64,000 nucleotides of DNA from the NCBI GenBank assembly GCA_963710755.1, contig CAVQBK010000013.1, positions 64,001 through 128,000 of the forward strand, in the 5' to 3' direction. The stretch comes from an uncultured bacterium. Lineage in GTDB: Bacteria > Oederibacteriota > JAAXVQ01 > JAUVAV01. The notes under the pieces were generated by a model. That model was not told the DNA's origin. It did not search any database and was given only the letters and a program-made list of their open reading frames with translations. The translations under genes and the position numbers were made by a program. This document shows, one piece after another, positions 30,199 through 40,495 of the stretch; the stretch's first letter is position 1, and the number at the start of each line of letters is the position of its first letter.

Positions 30199-31922
30199 GC
30201 CAATTCCTCCTGGGAAAGCTGGGAGTAAACAATTTCCTTGTATACCGGACAGGTGGCCATCAGTTCCTGATGGCGGCCTTGGCCGACCACGCGGCCTTCA
30301 TCGAGTACCAGGATCTGCTCGGCATTCATGACCGTCGTGACCCGCTGGGCCACCATGAGCACTGCGGTGCTGGTCAGCTCCCGGCGCAAGGCCTGGCGCA
30401 AAGCAGCATCGGTTTTAAAATCAAGCGCGGAAAAACAATCGTCAAAAATATAAATTTCCGGCCGGCGCACCAAGGCCCGGGCAATGGCGAGGCGCTGTTT
30501 CTGGCCGCCCGATAGGTTGGCCCCGCCGCGGACCAGCAGAGCGTCAAGACCCCCGTCCATAGCCTCAATAAAAGCCCAGGCCTGGGCGGTCTTGGCTGCT
30601 GCCATCAGTTCTTCATCCGTGGCCTCTTCCCGGCCGAAGCGCAGATTGTCTCGCACCGTGCCTGTAAAAAGCGTGGCTTTTTGAGGTACATAACCAATTT
30701 TGCGGCGAAGCTGTTCCAGATTCAGCTCCCGCACATCCACACCGTCCAGATGAATGGCACCGCTGCTGACATCATAAAAACGGGGCAACAGGCTGACCAA
30801 GGTGGATTTGCCTGAACCCGTACTGCCGATGATAGCCGTAATCTGGCCGGCACCGGCGCTGAAGGAAATGTTCTCCAAAGCCGGCTCTTCCGCCCCGGGA
30901 TAATGGAAGAAAACCTTGTCAAAAACAACGGTTTCTTTTGCCAAGGCAGGCGTTTTGACTGTAGGCGGGCTTATAATTTCAGGCTGCAGGTCAAGCACTT
31001 CATTGATTCTTCCAGCAGAGACCTGAGCACGGGGAATCATGATAAACAGCATAGACACCATCATCAGGGCAAAGAGGATTTGCAAAGCATACTGAATAAA
31101 GGCCATGATATCGCCCACGTGCATCTGTCCGGCTTCGGCCCGCAGGCTGCCGAACCAGACAATGGCAATGACCGTAAAATTCATAATCACCATCATGACC
31201 GGCATAAGCACGGTCATTAGTCTGGCCAGGGAAAGCCCGGTGGTCGTAAGATCGGCGTTGGCGGTGTCAAAGCGCTCTTGTTCAAAACCCACACGGTCAA
31301 AGGCCCGCACCACGCGTACACCGGACAGCTTTTCCCGAATAACCAGATTGAGACGGTCTAGTTTTTTTTGCATAGCCCGGAAAAGGGGTACGCCCCGGCT
31401 GGCAATGAAAAACAAAACACCGGCCAGGACAGGGATGGCCACAAAGAATACCAGGGCCAGTGTGCGGTCATGGAGAAAGGCCATGACAATGCCACCGATG
31501 CCCATGATGGGCGCGCGCACGAAAATGCCTAGCATCATGGTCACGGTTTGCTGTACTTGATTGACATCATTGGTGGTTCTCGTAATCAGGGAGGCCGCGC
31601 CTATGCGGTCGAACTCCTTGAAGGAGTAGCCTTCCACCCGTCTGAACAGATGGAGCCGCAGGGTGCGGCTGAACCCGAGGGCCACACGGGAGGAATTATA
31701 GCTGCCGATGAACGCGCAGGTAATGCCGCCCATGGCCACGGCCAGCATAAGCATGCCGGTTCTAAGGATATAGGCCATATCGGCCTGCACAATGCCGATA
31801 TTGACTATATTAGCCATCAGGGCAGGCAGATAGAGGTCGGCCATGGCCGATGTGAACAACATGACAAAGATCAACAGCATGTTGGGCAGGTAAGGTTTTA
31901 ATTGTCGAAACAACTTCAGCAT
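30195..31922 (-). CDS. ABC exporter TMD-NBD subunit with degenerate Walker B
   Basis: GSTGSGKST, LSGGQKQR, YIFDD; TM287/TM288-type heterodimer. Confidence 0.93.
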   Translation of the reverse strand: MLKLFRQLKPYLPNMLLIFVMLFTSAMADLYLPALMANIVNIGIVQADMAYILRTGMLMLAVAMGGITCAFIGSYNSSRVALGFSRTLRLHLFRRVEGYSFKEFDRIGAASLITRTTNDVNQVQQTVTMMLGIFVRAPIMGIGGIVMAFLHDRTLALVFFVAIPVLAGVLFFIASRGVPLFRAMQKKLDRLNLVIREKLSGVRVVRAFDRVGFEQERFDTANADLTTTGLSLARLMTVLMPVMMVIMNFTVIAIVWFGSLRAEAGQMHVGDIMAFIQYALQILFALMMVSMLFIMIPRAQVSAGRINEVLDLQPEIISPPTVKTPALAKETVVFDKVFFHYPGAEEPALENISFSAGAGQITAIIGSTGSGKSTLVSLLPRFYDVSSGAIHLDGVDVRELNLEQLRRKIGYVPQKATLFTGTVRDNLRFGREEATDEELMAAAKTAQAWAFIEAMDGGLDALLVRGGANLSGGQKQRLAIARALVRRPEIYIFDDCFSALDFKTDAALRQALRRELTSTAVLMVAQRVTTVMNAEQILVLDEGRVVGQGRHQELMATCPVYKEIVYSQLSQEELA

Positions 31923-31991
31923 GGAAGTGCAGGCCTTTCAGGTTGGCTGATGAACTAGGGCTATATCTCGCAAATGAGGTGAATAGTTTGG

Positions 31992-32091
31992 TTGCCATCC
32001 CGTTATGAGTTCATACGGATTCCAAAGGTTTTCGTAAGATGTTAATTTTAAAGATCACTGGATTCCGGCTAAAACCGTGCCGGAAGGACGA
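31992..32091 (+). repeat. Palindromic intergenic element, copy C
   Basis: TTGCCATCCCGTTATGAG...CTGGATTCCGGCTAAAACCGTGCCGGAAGGACGA. Confidence 0.65.
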
Positions 32092-32252
32092 CCATCGTTG
32101 TTCATTTATTTAAGAGATATGACACTAGTTATAGCAGACATGGATAATGCCATATCAAGGCAAGAAAGGCAATGGTTTATGTCTGACCAATATAAGCAGG
32201 GGCTCATAATTTCGATCCCTTACCTCAAACCCTATTCTTGCTGTTAATGATG

Positions 32253-32891
32253 CTATAGTGTTTGCATGGCCAGCAACCTCCTTACCTCCTGATCGTTGAC
32301 CTGGGCAAAATCATCGTACCATTGGCCTATACTGGAAAAATAGCCGGGCGTTGACAAACAGACCACCTTCTCTACCTGAGATCCGAGCAGACGTACACTC
32401 TCCGCGCTGGCAACCGGCACAGCCACCACCAGATGTCCCGCTTGCCATTGCCGGAGCATGTGGACGGCCACCTGCATGCTGGCGCCAGTGGCCATGCCGT
32501 CATCCACCAGAATAATAGTACGCCCTTTGATTTCAGGATAAGGCCGTTTTCCCCGCAGCCGGATAGCCTGTTCTTTCAGAATTTTCTCCTCCCGCTGCCT
32601 GATACTGGCCGCCTCAGCTTCCGAAAGTCCGGCCTGGCGCATGACCAGCGGGTTGTGCACATATCCGCCGCCGGAAGCCACGGCGCCAAAAGCAAGCTCT
32701 TCGTCACTGGGCACGCCCAATTTTCGCACCATCAATAAATCCCAGGGCAGATCAAGGATCATGGCGGCTTCCGCTGCCACCACAGCCCCGCCCCGGGGCA
32801 AAGCCAGTATCAGCCCTTGGGGCCAAGGCCCCGCCTCCTTTAAAGCAACACCTAACTGCACACCTGCATCTTGCCGGTCTGCAAACATCAT
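32253..32891 (-). CDS. Phosphoribosyltransferase-family protein
   Basis: F.DR.DAG..L, ALPRGG, ILVDDGMATGA; start MMFADR at 32891. Confidence 0.88.
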   Translation of the reverse strand: MMFADRQDAGVQLGVALKEAGPWPQGLILALPRGGAVVAAEAAMILDLPWDLLMVRKLGVPSDEELAFGAVASGGGYVHNPLVMRQAGLSEAEAASIRQREEKILKEQAIRLRGKRPYPEIKGRTIILVDDGMATGASMQVAVHMLRQWQAGHLVVAVPVASAESVRLLGSQVEKVVCLSTPGYFSSIGQWYDDFAQVNDQEVRRLLAMQTL

Positions 32892-33039
32892 AATCCCCCC
32901 TTTTGCGGTTGAAAACGCCGGCCTACCCCAGCGGAGCTGGATAAGATTCTGTATATCCGGATTATCTATCCCAAGCGGATAAATATATAATTGGGACGCA
33001 TCGGCAGCGCAAAAACCGTAGATAATCCAGATACAGACT

Positions 33040-34764
33040 CTAAGGTTTTCGCAACAAGGCGTGTAAATCCTCCAGGCTTCGTGTGTTGACAATATCCCCT
33101 TTTTCCAGCCAGCCCCGCCTGGCCTGGCCAATGCCAAAGCGCATGTGTCCATATCCTGCCGGAGAATGGGCATCTGTGCTAATCGCGATTTTAACCCCTT
33201 TGTCTTTGGCCATGCGGCAGTGCTGATCGTTCAAATCGAGCCGCTCCGGATGGGCATCCAGTTCCAGCCAACAGCCCCGCTCGGCTGCCGCTTGAATGAA
33301 ACGCTCCATGTGAATCTCATAGGGCCGGCGTTCATTAATCAGCCTGCCTGTGGGATGGCCAATAATAGTGACATAAGGATTATCCATGGCTCGAATGAGG
33401 CGTTCCGTTTGCTGGTCTGCCTTGAGGTTGAATTTATAATGGACGGAGGCAATGACAAAATCCAGGTCCCTAAGACTGGCATCCGGCAGATCCAGACTTC
33501 CGTCTTCCAGGATATCCACCTCAATGCCCTTAAGCACCACCAGATCTGTTAATTTAGCGTTGAGGTGGTCTATGACCTGCAGATGCTTGCTTAGGGTCTT
33601 GGGGTTCAAGCCATGAGCCACCGCGAGGCGCTGAGAATGTTCTGTATTGCCCACATAGCGATAGCCCAGCTTCCGGGCCGCGTCCACCATGTCCCCCAGG
33701 CTGGATTGGCCGTCAGTGGCGCGGGTATGCATATGCAAGTCACCGCGGATGTCCTTTAAGCTCACCAACCGGGGCAAGCGTTTTCGGGTCACGGCTTCCA
33801 ATTCCCCCTGGTCTTCTCGCAGCTCAGGTGGGATATAATCGAGCCCCACGGCACGGTAAACGTCCTTTTCCGTTTTACCGGCAATAGTCTCATCACCGCG
33901 GAAAACACCGTATTCATTAATTTTTAGTTTTTGCTCCTGCGCCATTTTGCGCAAATGAATATTATGGGCTTTGGAACCCGTGAAATAAACCATGGCCGCG
34001 CCAAAGCTTTCCGAAGCCACGACCCGCAAGTCCACCTGCACGCCTGACTGGAGCATGACGCTGGTCTTGGTGGGCCCTTTGGCCAGCACCCGCGTCACTT
34101 GATCATAGCGTTCGAAATGAGCCGTTAGACCCTGTAAACGTTGTCCGGCAGCCAGAATATCGAGGTCACCAATTGTCTCACATTGCCGTCTAAAACTACC
34201 GGCCACTTCCAGAGACGGAATGGGGCCAAAGGTCCTTAAATAATCAAGCACCCTCTGCGCCGTGGCATCCGCCATATCCAGCCGTAGGCGTTTAGGTCCT
34301 TGGGCCAGTTTCTGTTTAATCTCTTCGAGAATATTCTTTTCCAGTTTGGGACCAAACCCGCTTAATTGACTGATCAGACCCTTCTGGGCCGCAGCCAGAA
34401 GATCATTCAAATTTTTAATACCCAACTGCTGATAAAGTAGATGCACCCGCTTGCCCCCCAAGCCCGGAAGCTCGATCAGCTCCAGCAATCCCGAAGGTAA
34501 TTCCTTTTCCAGGGAAGATAAAAGCGGTATCCGGCCGGTACGCACCAGATCCTTGATTTTTTTATCCAGTTCTTTACCAATACCTTTGATGGTGGTGAAG
34601 TCAAACTCCTGATCCACCAGCTCACTGATGGATTGAGGCAGGTTTTCCAATAGGCGGGCAACATTGCGGTAGGATTGAATGCGAAAGTTATTATCTCCCT
34701 TGATTTCCAGCAAATCCGCAATCCGGCTGAACTTCCCTGCAATCTCAACGTTTTGCAAGGCCAT
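33040..34764 (-). CDS. polX: DNA polymerase X with PHP domain
   Basis: HhH motifs, GSFRR...GDLD, VDLR, TGSK.HN, PHP DLHMHT and TDAH. Confidence 0.94.
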   Translation of the reverse strand: MALQNVEIAGKFSRIADLLEIKGDNNFRIQSYRNVARLLENLPQSISELVDQEFDFTTIKGIGKELDKKIKDLVRTGRIPLLSSLEKELPSGLLELIELPGLGGKRVHLLYQQLGIKNLNDLLAAAQKGLISQLSGFGPKLEKNILEEIKQKLAQGPKRLRLDMADATAQRVLDYLRTFGPIPSLEVAGSFRRQCETIGDLDILAAGQRLQGLTAHFERYDQVTRVLAKGPTKTSVMLQSGVQVDLRVVASESFGAAMVYFTGSKAHNIHLRKMAQEQKLKINEYGVFRGDETIAGKTEKDVYRAVGLDYIPPELREDQGELEAVTRKRLPRLVSLKDIRGDLHMHTRATDGQSSLGDMVDAARKLGYRYVGNTEHSQRLAVAHGLNPKTLSKHLQVIDHLNAKLTDLVVLKGIEVDILEDGSLDLPDASLRDLDFVIASVHYKFNLKADQQTERLIRAMDNPYVTIIGHPTGRLINERRPYEIHMERFIQAAAERGCWLELDAHPERLDLNDQHCRMAKDKGVKIAISTDAHSPAGYGHMRFGIGQARRGWLEKGDIVNTRSLEDLHALLRKP

Positions 34765-34937
34765 GATTATTTCTCCTTAGTTCTTTCGGCCACGCTTCCC
34801 GATCATACCAGCAGACTCCAGAGCACCATTGGCTGTGATGGCAGACGGACTTTTCGATTGGATCAATGCGGATAGCAGGCTCTGAAACAGGGCGCCCGGC
34901 CCACATCGGCCGGACGCCCCGGGAAAAATCAGAAAGC

Positions 34938-35372
34938 TTACTTCAATTCGGTTTGTGCCGACCAGTAGCCGTGCTTGTTGCACAATTCCACCACCGTGAC
35001 CGTGCCTTGTTTGTCTTTTTTAAAATGCGCTGCTGTGGCTGCTTGAACCGCATCGGGCGCGAACATAGAGCGCAGGACAAATTTATTGTTCAGGTAAACA
35101 TCAATCCATTGAATCCAATGATCGGCCTGCATGGGATGGGGGGTGGAGCCAACCTTGATATGCACATCCTTGCATTCATCGGGAATCAGCCCGCAAGTTT
35201 CCGTAGTCACTAAAACAGGCACATGTTTTTCTTTACCCTCAAAGGCCGCATCATGGATCACATCATTTTTTTCCTCGTATTTTTCCTTGGGCGACATACA
35301 CACCGGACATTGTTCCGGCGCACCTTCAAATTCCAAATGCCCGCAGACTTGGCAAACATTGACCTTGCTCAT
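34938..35372 (-). CDS. Superoxide reductase-like protein with N-terminal rubredoxin-like domain
   Basis: CQVC...CPVC followed by EKHVP, HPM...H.I.WI, CNKHG; GGAGG RBS. Confidence 0.85.
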   Translation of the reverse strand: MSKVNVCQVCGHLEFEGAPEQCPVCMSPKEKYEEKNDVIHDAAFEGKEKHVPVLVTTETCGLIPDECKDVHIKVGSTPHPMQADHWIQWIDVYLNNKFVLRSMFAPDAVQAATAAHFKKDKQGTVTVVELCNKHGYWSAQTELK

Positions 35373-35471
35373 CTTCAAACCTCCTTTAATTTTGATTTTA
35401 TTTTTTTCTGAATATTGATTGAATTTCATGTCTTTAATCTATGCATTGTGGTAAACCGTGCTTGATGGCAC

Positions 35472-36329
35472 TTAGTGCCAAGCTCGAAAAGATTCTAAAT
35501 AGGGTTTCATGTCACGTTCCCTAAAATCCTGTTCCACCAAAGGCGGCCGCTTGTCCAGTTCCAGTTCCTCATCATAAGTGGGTTTCGGCTTTTGATAAAT
35601 AATCCCCAAGGGAATATGATCGCCCCATTCGGCGGCTTTAACATATGCTGCGGCCTTGTCGCTGGGGTCATGATTTTCCAGATCATAAACGCGTTCCCCG
35701 TACCACTGGTAGGTATTTTTTTTATTAAAGCTCACGCAGGGTTGAAGGATATCAATGATGCTGAAGCCGTCATGTTTGATGCCTGCTTGGATCAGGTTGG
35801 CCAGCTGATCGATGTTCTTGGAAAAACCGCGGGCCACAAACCCGGCACCCAAAGCAATGGCCACTTCCAGAGGGTGAAAAGGCTGCAACACGACGCCGTG
35901 AGTCTGGACCTTGGTGGCATAATGTTCGTCCGTAGTGGGCGAAGCCTGGCCCTTGGTTAGTCCGTAAATCTGATTGTCATGCACCAGCAGGGTAATGTTT
36001 ACATTACGCCGGATATTATGAAGAAAATGATTGCCCCCCTCGCCGTAGCAATCACCATCGCCAGTGCTGACAATGACCGTAAGCTTAGGGTTGGCGATCT
36101 TGGAGGCCACTGCTACCGGTAGGGCCCGGCCATGTAGGCCGTTGAAGCAGTTGGCATTGATGTAATGGGGCAGTTTGGCCGCCTGTCCGATGCCGGAAAC
36201 CAACAGCACATCCTTGGGTGCCAGGTTTTCCTGGGCTAATGCTTTGCGTACGGCATTGGCAATGCCGAAATTTCCACATCCAGGACACCAGGCGATCTCA
36301 TCATGGGTTTTGTAGTCATTAGCAATCAT
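35472..36329 (-). CDS. korB: 2-oxoacid:ferredoxin oxidoreductase beta subunit
   Basis: WCPGCG, HGR.LP, GDGD, YGLTKGQ.SPT. Confidence 0.9.
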   Translation of the reverse strand: MIANDYKTHDEIAWCPGCGNFGIANAVRKALAQENLAPKDVLLVSGIGQAAKLPHYINANCFNGLHGRALPVAVASKIANPKLTVIVSTGDGDCYGEGGNHFLHNIRRNVNITLLVHDNQIYGLTKGQASPTTDEHYATKVQTHGVVLQPFHPLEVAIALGAGFVARGFSKNIDQLANLIQAGIKHDGFSIIDILQPCVSFNKKNTYQWYGERVYDLENHDPSDKAAAYVKAAEWGDHIPLGIIYQKPKPTYDEELELDKRPPLVEQDFRERDMKPYLESFRAWH

Positions 36330-38041
36330 GCTTCCAGCTCCTTTGCAATTTTTTCTTTGACCTCATCCAGATTAAAGGGACGGCCGTCATATTTTAAAAG
36401 CGAGCCTGCGACAGCAAGGCCCGTTGCCTGGCGCAGCAGCCCGGCCAGCTGGCCGGTGGCGTTATTTTCAATGGTGAGCACCTTGCGCGCTTTTTTCAAC
36501 TCCTGCTCTACCGCAGCGCCCGGGAATGGCCACACCTGGCTCAAATGCACATAGCCTACTTTGCCGTCAAAGTAGTGTTCGCTGATCTCATGCATGACAC
36601 CCAGGGTAGTGCCAAAACCCAGCAGCACCAGCTCGGCGGTGTCGGCTTGATAAACCGTAGGCGCCACCACTTCCTTTTCCAAGCCCGCCATTTTTTTAAA
36701 GAGCCGCTTGTCAATCATCTTGATGCGAATCTCGCCGTCTTCCGTAATATGTCCTTCTTGGGTATGCTCATCGCTGTCAGCATACAAGGGATCATCGAGT
36801 ACGCCCGGCCTGGCCATGGGGCTGATGCCATTGTCGGTCAGCATGTAACGCTGATAGGCGGAATCGCCCTTCTCTTTTTTGGTAATGAAATAATTCTCCG
36901 CTTTTTCTTTTTGCAGATCCGGTTCCGGCATGACCCCATAGCTGTCCACCAGGTACTGGTCCACCAGCAGAAATACCGGGATTTGGTACTTCTCGGCCAA
37001 GTTGAATGCCCGCTGGGTCAAATAAAAGGCTTCCTCCCTGTTACCCGGTGTCAGCACCACCCGCGCAAATTCCCCATGACCGATATGCAGCACCATATTC
37101 AAATCGCCCTGTTCCGTACGGGTAGGGAATCCGGTGGCCGGTGCCGGCCGCTGGGCATCCATGATCACCAGCGGTGTCTCCGTCATGCCGGCCAGACTGA
37201 CGCCTTCACCCATTAGGGCCAGCCCACCGCCGGACGTGCCGGTCATGGCGCGAACCCCGCTGAAATAGGCACCCAGAGCCATATTGACGGCTGCGATCTC
37301 ATCTTCCGCCTGTTCCACCACTACCCCGGCTTTTTCCATTTGGCCGGCCAAAAAGGTCATCACGCCGGTTGAAGGCGACATGGGATAAGCACAATAAAAA
37401 CCGATCCCCGCTTTGAGAGCCCCCAAGCCAATGGCTTCGCTGCCGTTTAAAAACAACCCCCCTGAGGCCTTGCCTGGGGCAAGCTGAAAATTATCCTGTT
37501 TATAGTTGTCCTTGGCCCACTTAAAGCCCTGATCAGCGGTCTGGATATTTTTCTCAATCAAGTCATCGCCTTTGCCGGCAAATATGTTGGCCAGAATTGT
37601 TTTCACCAGATCAAACTCAAGATGCATCATACCCGCCAGCAGCCCGCAAGCCGCGGCGTTGACAAATAATTCACTGCCGCCGGTTTGTTGGGCCATGTCA
37701 TGGAGTGGTACATCCAGATAGCGTTCATGACTGTCATCCAGTTGATATTTTTGCCCATCCACCACCAACACGCCCTTGTCGGTCAGACTGTCGAGATGGA
37801 GGGCAATGCTTTTTTTATCCAGGCAGACCGTGATATCACTTAGCCGCCGTGGCGCAAAGACCGGTTTGGTGGAAACCCGCAGACGGTTAAAATTGTTGCC
37901 GCCTCGTATTCTGGACATAAAATCAAAATCAATCAGCACATAATAGCCGGCGCTTTGGAACAGCCGGCCAATGGCTTCGCTGATAACTTGCAACCCCTGC
38001 CCGGCTTCCCCGGTAATTTTAATAGTCAGTTCATCACGCAT
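36326..38041 (-). CDS. korA: 2-oxoacid:acceptor oxidoreductase alpha subunit (gamma-alpha fusion)
   Basis: GEAGQG, YPMSPS, QAEDEIAA, TSGGG, TG.PTRTEQ. Confidence 0.9.
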   Translation of the reverse strand: MRDELTIKITGEAGQGLQVISEAIGRLFQSAGYYVLIDFDFMSRIRGGNNFNRLRVSTKPVFAPRRLSDITVCLDKKSIALHLDSLTDKGVLVVDGQKYQLDDSHERYLDVPLHDMAQQTGGSELFVNAAACGLLAGMMHLEFDLVKTILANIFAGKGDDLIEKNIQTADQGFKWAKDNYKQDNFQLAPGKASGGLFLNGSEAIGLGALKAGIGFYCAYPMSPSTGVMTFLAGQMEKAGVVVEQAEDEIAAVNMALGAYFSGVRAMTGTSGGGLALMGEGVSLAGMTETPLVIMDAQRPAPATGFPTRTEQGDLNMVLHIGHGEFARVVLTPGNREEAFYLTQRAFNLAEKYQIPVFLLVDQYLVDSYGVMPEPDLQKEKAENYFITKKEKGDSAYQRYMLTDNGISPMARPGVLDDPLYADSDEHTQEGHITEDGEIRIKMIDKRLFKKMAGLEKEVVAPTVYQADTAELVLLGFGTTLGVMHEISEHYFDGKVGYVHLSQVWPFPGAAVEQELKKARKVLTIENNATGQLAGLLRQATGLAVAGSLLKYDGRPFNLDEVKEKIAKELEA

Positions 38042-38289
38042 AGGTTTATTTTCCCCTTTCCCAGGTTGAATAGTTCGCCGGATGGCCGGTTTTTTTCAAA
38101 GGTTTCTAAAGAACAGCTGTCAACACTTTTCCCTATTTCCGCTCCAAGTGAATCTCACAATTGGGGAATAACAGGAGACGGTCCTTCTGCCCAACTTCCC
38201 TAGTTAAAAAGCATTTATAGGATAGGGGATTTCCGGTTTGACGCCTAGACGGAAATGCCTTTTTTCACTGACTTTTCACCACTCTAGTT

Positions 38290-38560
38290 TTAACAGGTCT
38301 TGTTTGGATGGACTCCTAAGACGATGGTGTCACCACGCTTAATTGTTCCTTTTCCCATTATCGAGGAGCGAGAGAAGCATTGGGTGGCAACGCCGTTTCC
38401 CGAAGTGAGGAAAATATTTTTAAATCCAAAACATCTTTTCCGCGCCAGCAATTAAAAAGATCTTGATGTGGGAAGGCAGTCTTTTCCGGAGGGTACCGGC
38501 AGGCCGGCGTCCACCTTTGCCAACTGTTGTCCGCACCAGGGGTTGGCCAATATCCGGCAG
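38290..38560 (-). pseudogene. Possible degraded 3-oxoacyl-ACP synthase III (FabH-like) C-terminal remnant
   Basis: Across two frames: FPHQ, NIFLTSGNGVA, GTIKRGDTIVLG, in KAS III order. Confidence 0.4.
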
Positions 38561-38578
38561 GCGATATCAATAAAATAA

Positions 38579-40219
38579 TTATGACTTTTTTCTTTTCTTT
38601 TTGGGGTGGGCAGATGATTTTTTCTTTTCAACCCGGCCGCTTCCTTCGGCTTTGACAATCAGTGGTTTGCGGCCCTTGGCACTAGCCTTGAATTGTTTGA
38701 CAATAGTCTCGGCAGCTTCAAAAGGTACCACCACAAACGAAAAATCGTCGCGGCAGACCACATCCTCAATATCTTGATCACGCAAGCCTGTCTTTTTCTT
38801 CAGGAAATCCACCAGCTTTTTAACGTGATAGCCGGAGCGTTTGCCCAGACCAACAAAGAGGCGCGTTTTACCGGTAAAATCAGGCGAGGCCGAAGGCTGT
38901 TCAATAGGCAGATAGCGGCTTTCATCCAATTTTTCCCTGACCATCATTTTTAAAAGCGTTTGAATCACCACCAGCGGATCGTGCCTGGTGGTCAAGGCTT
39001 CGGCCATAGGGGCAAAGGGGTGCAAGTCCCCTGCTTGGAGCTGATCGCTAATGTCATGCAGCAAGCGTTTTCGTTTCACACTGATGATCTCGTTGATATC
39101 GGGAATGGTCTGCCGTTTAATGGTGGTTTTGGCCTGCCGTTGCAAGTGTGCCAGCTTGCGGAATTCGGAGGGGGTAATAAACGTCACGGCTACCCCTTTT
39201 TTTCCCGCCCGGCCGGTGCGGCCGATGCGATGAATATAACTCTCCGCCTCCCTGGGCAAAGAGAGGTTAATGACATGGGTCAACTCCTGAATGTCCAAGC
39301 CTCTGGCGGCCACGTCGGTGGCCACCAGCATATTAATCTTCCGGTTCCGGAATTTCTTCAGTACCTGTTCCCGCTGTTTTTGCGTAATGTCACCATGAAT
39401 GGCCTCGGCATCATAGCCCCGTTCACTTAACCGGGCGGCGTATTGATCTGTTTCCACCTTGGTACGGCAGAAAATCAGGCCGTAAAAGTCTTCTGCCATA
39501 TCAATGATCCGGCACAACGCTTCAAATTTGTCCGCTTCTTTGACTTCAAAATATATTTGTTCGGTTAAGTCCGTGGTCAGTTGCGTTTTTTTGATGGCTA
39601 TCCGTTTAACCTGGCGCATATATTTGGCCGCCAGGGCTTCGATGCGGTCCGGCATGGTGGCGGAAAAAAGCGCCACCCGTTTGTCCTCATTGCAGGCGGC
39701 CATGATCTGTTCCACATCTTCAAAAAAGCCCATGTTGAGCATTTCATCCGCTTCGTCCAAAACCAAAAATGAGAGTTTGCTTAAATTCAGGGTTTTGCGC
39801 CGCAGATGATCGAGTATGCGGCCGGGTGTGCCCACCACGATATGCACACCTTTTTTCAGATGACGAATCTGGTCGGTAATGTGCTGCCCCCCATAGATGG
39901 GAATTACCTTGATGGGCCTCGGCCCTTTAAAAGAATTAAGCTCATCCGATACCTGAATGGCCAATTCCCGGGTGGGGGCCAAAATCAGCGCTTGCAAATA
40001 ATTTTGTCCGTCATCCAGCATTTCAATAATAGGCAGTCCAAAGGCTGCGGTTTTTCCTGTCCCGGTCTGGGCCTGGCCGATAAGGTCATGTTCCCGGTTC
40101 AGCATCAGGGCAATGGCACTGCTTTGGATGGGCGTCGGTTTCTCAAATCCTTTTTTCCGTATAACTTCCAGGGTTGTCTCACTCAGGCCCAAGTCCTGAA
40201 AATGTTTAAATTCTTTCAT
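38579..40219 (-). CDS. deaD: DEAD-box RNA helicase with DbpA-type C-terminal domain
   Basis: AQTGTGKT, PTRELA, DEAD, SAT, HRIGRTGRAG. Confidence 0.92.
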   Translation of the reverse strand: MKEFKHFQDLGLSETTLEVIRKKGFEKPTPIQSSAIALMLNREHDLIGQAQTGTGKTAAFGLPIIEMLDDGQNYLQALILAPTRELAIQVSDELNSFKGPRPIKVIPIYGGQHITDQIRHLKKGVHIVVGTPGRILDHLRRKTLNLSKLSFLVLDEADEMLNMGFFEDVEQIMAACNEDKRVALFSATMPDRIEALAAKYMRQVKRIAIKKTQLTTDLTEQIYFEVKEADKFEALCRIIDMAEDFYGLIFCRTKVETDQYAARLSERGYDAEAIHGDITQKQREQVLKKFRNRKINMLVATDVAARGLDIQELTHVINLSLPREAESYIHRIGRTGRAGKKGVAVTFITPSEFRKLAHLQRQAKTTIKRQTIPDINEIISVKRKRLLHDISDQLQAGDLHPFAPMAEALTTRHDPLVVIQTLLKMMVREKLDESRYLPIEQPSASPDFTGKTRLFVGLGKRSGYHVKKLVDFLKKKTGLRDQDIEDVVCRDDFSFVVVPFEAAETIVKQFKASAKGRKPLIVKAEGSGRVEKKKSSAHPKKKRKKS

Positions 40220-40426
40220 AAAGGCGGCTCATTTCTCTTAAGGTGTTTTGTCATGCTTTCAATGCTCATGGAATCAATTCAGGAAAGACGCCCCGGATAA
40301 CCAGAATTGCGGGCAAGGCTCATAGACTAAATTGCGTGACAGGACCATGGTGGTGAAAATCATGCCTGCATAATGTATAGGACTATTTTGAAATAATCAA
40401 CTTAATTGTTGGTCCGGCCGGGAGCA

Positions 40427-40453
40427 TAAATTCCGCCCCCATTCTGCCGATAC
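40427..40453 (+). promoter_or_regulatory. Sigma-28 (FliA/WhiG)-like promoter
   Basis: TAAA-N15-GCCGATAC versus consensus TAAA-N15-GCCGATAA. Confidence 0.7.
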
Positions 40454-40495
40454 TGAATCGAGGACGTAACGCAACCTTTACTCTTCGGGGATTCC

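Noticed and set aside
32892-33173. N-terminal extension of the phosphoribosyltransferase ORF
   Set aside because: Overlaps polX; family-typical start MMFADR with RBS is at 32891
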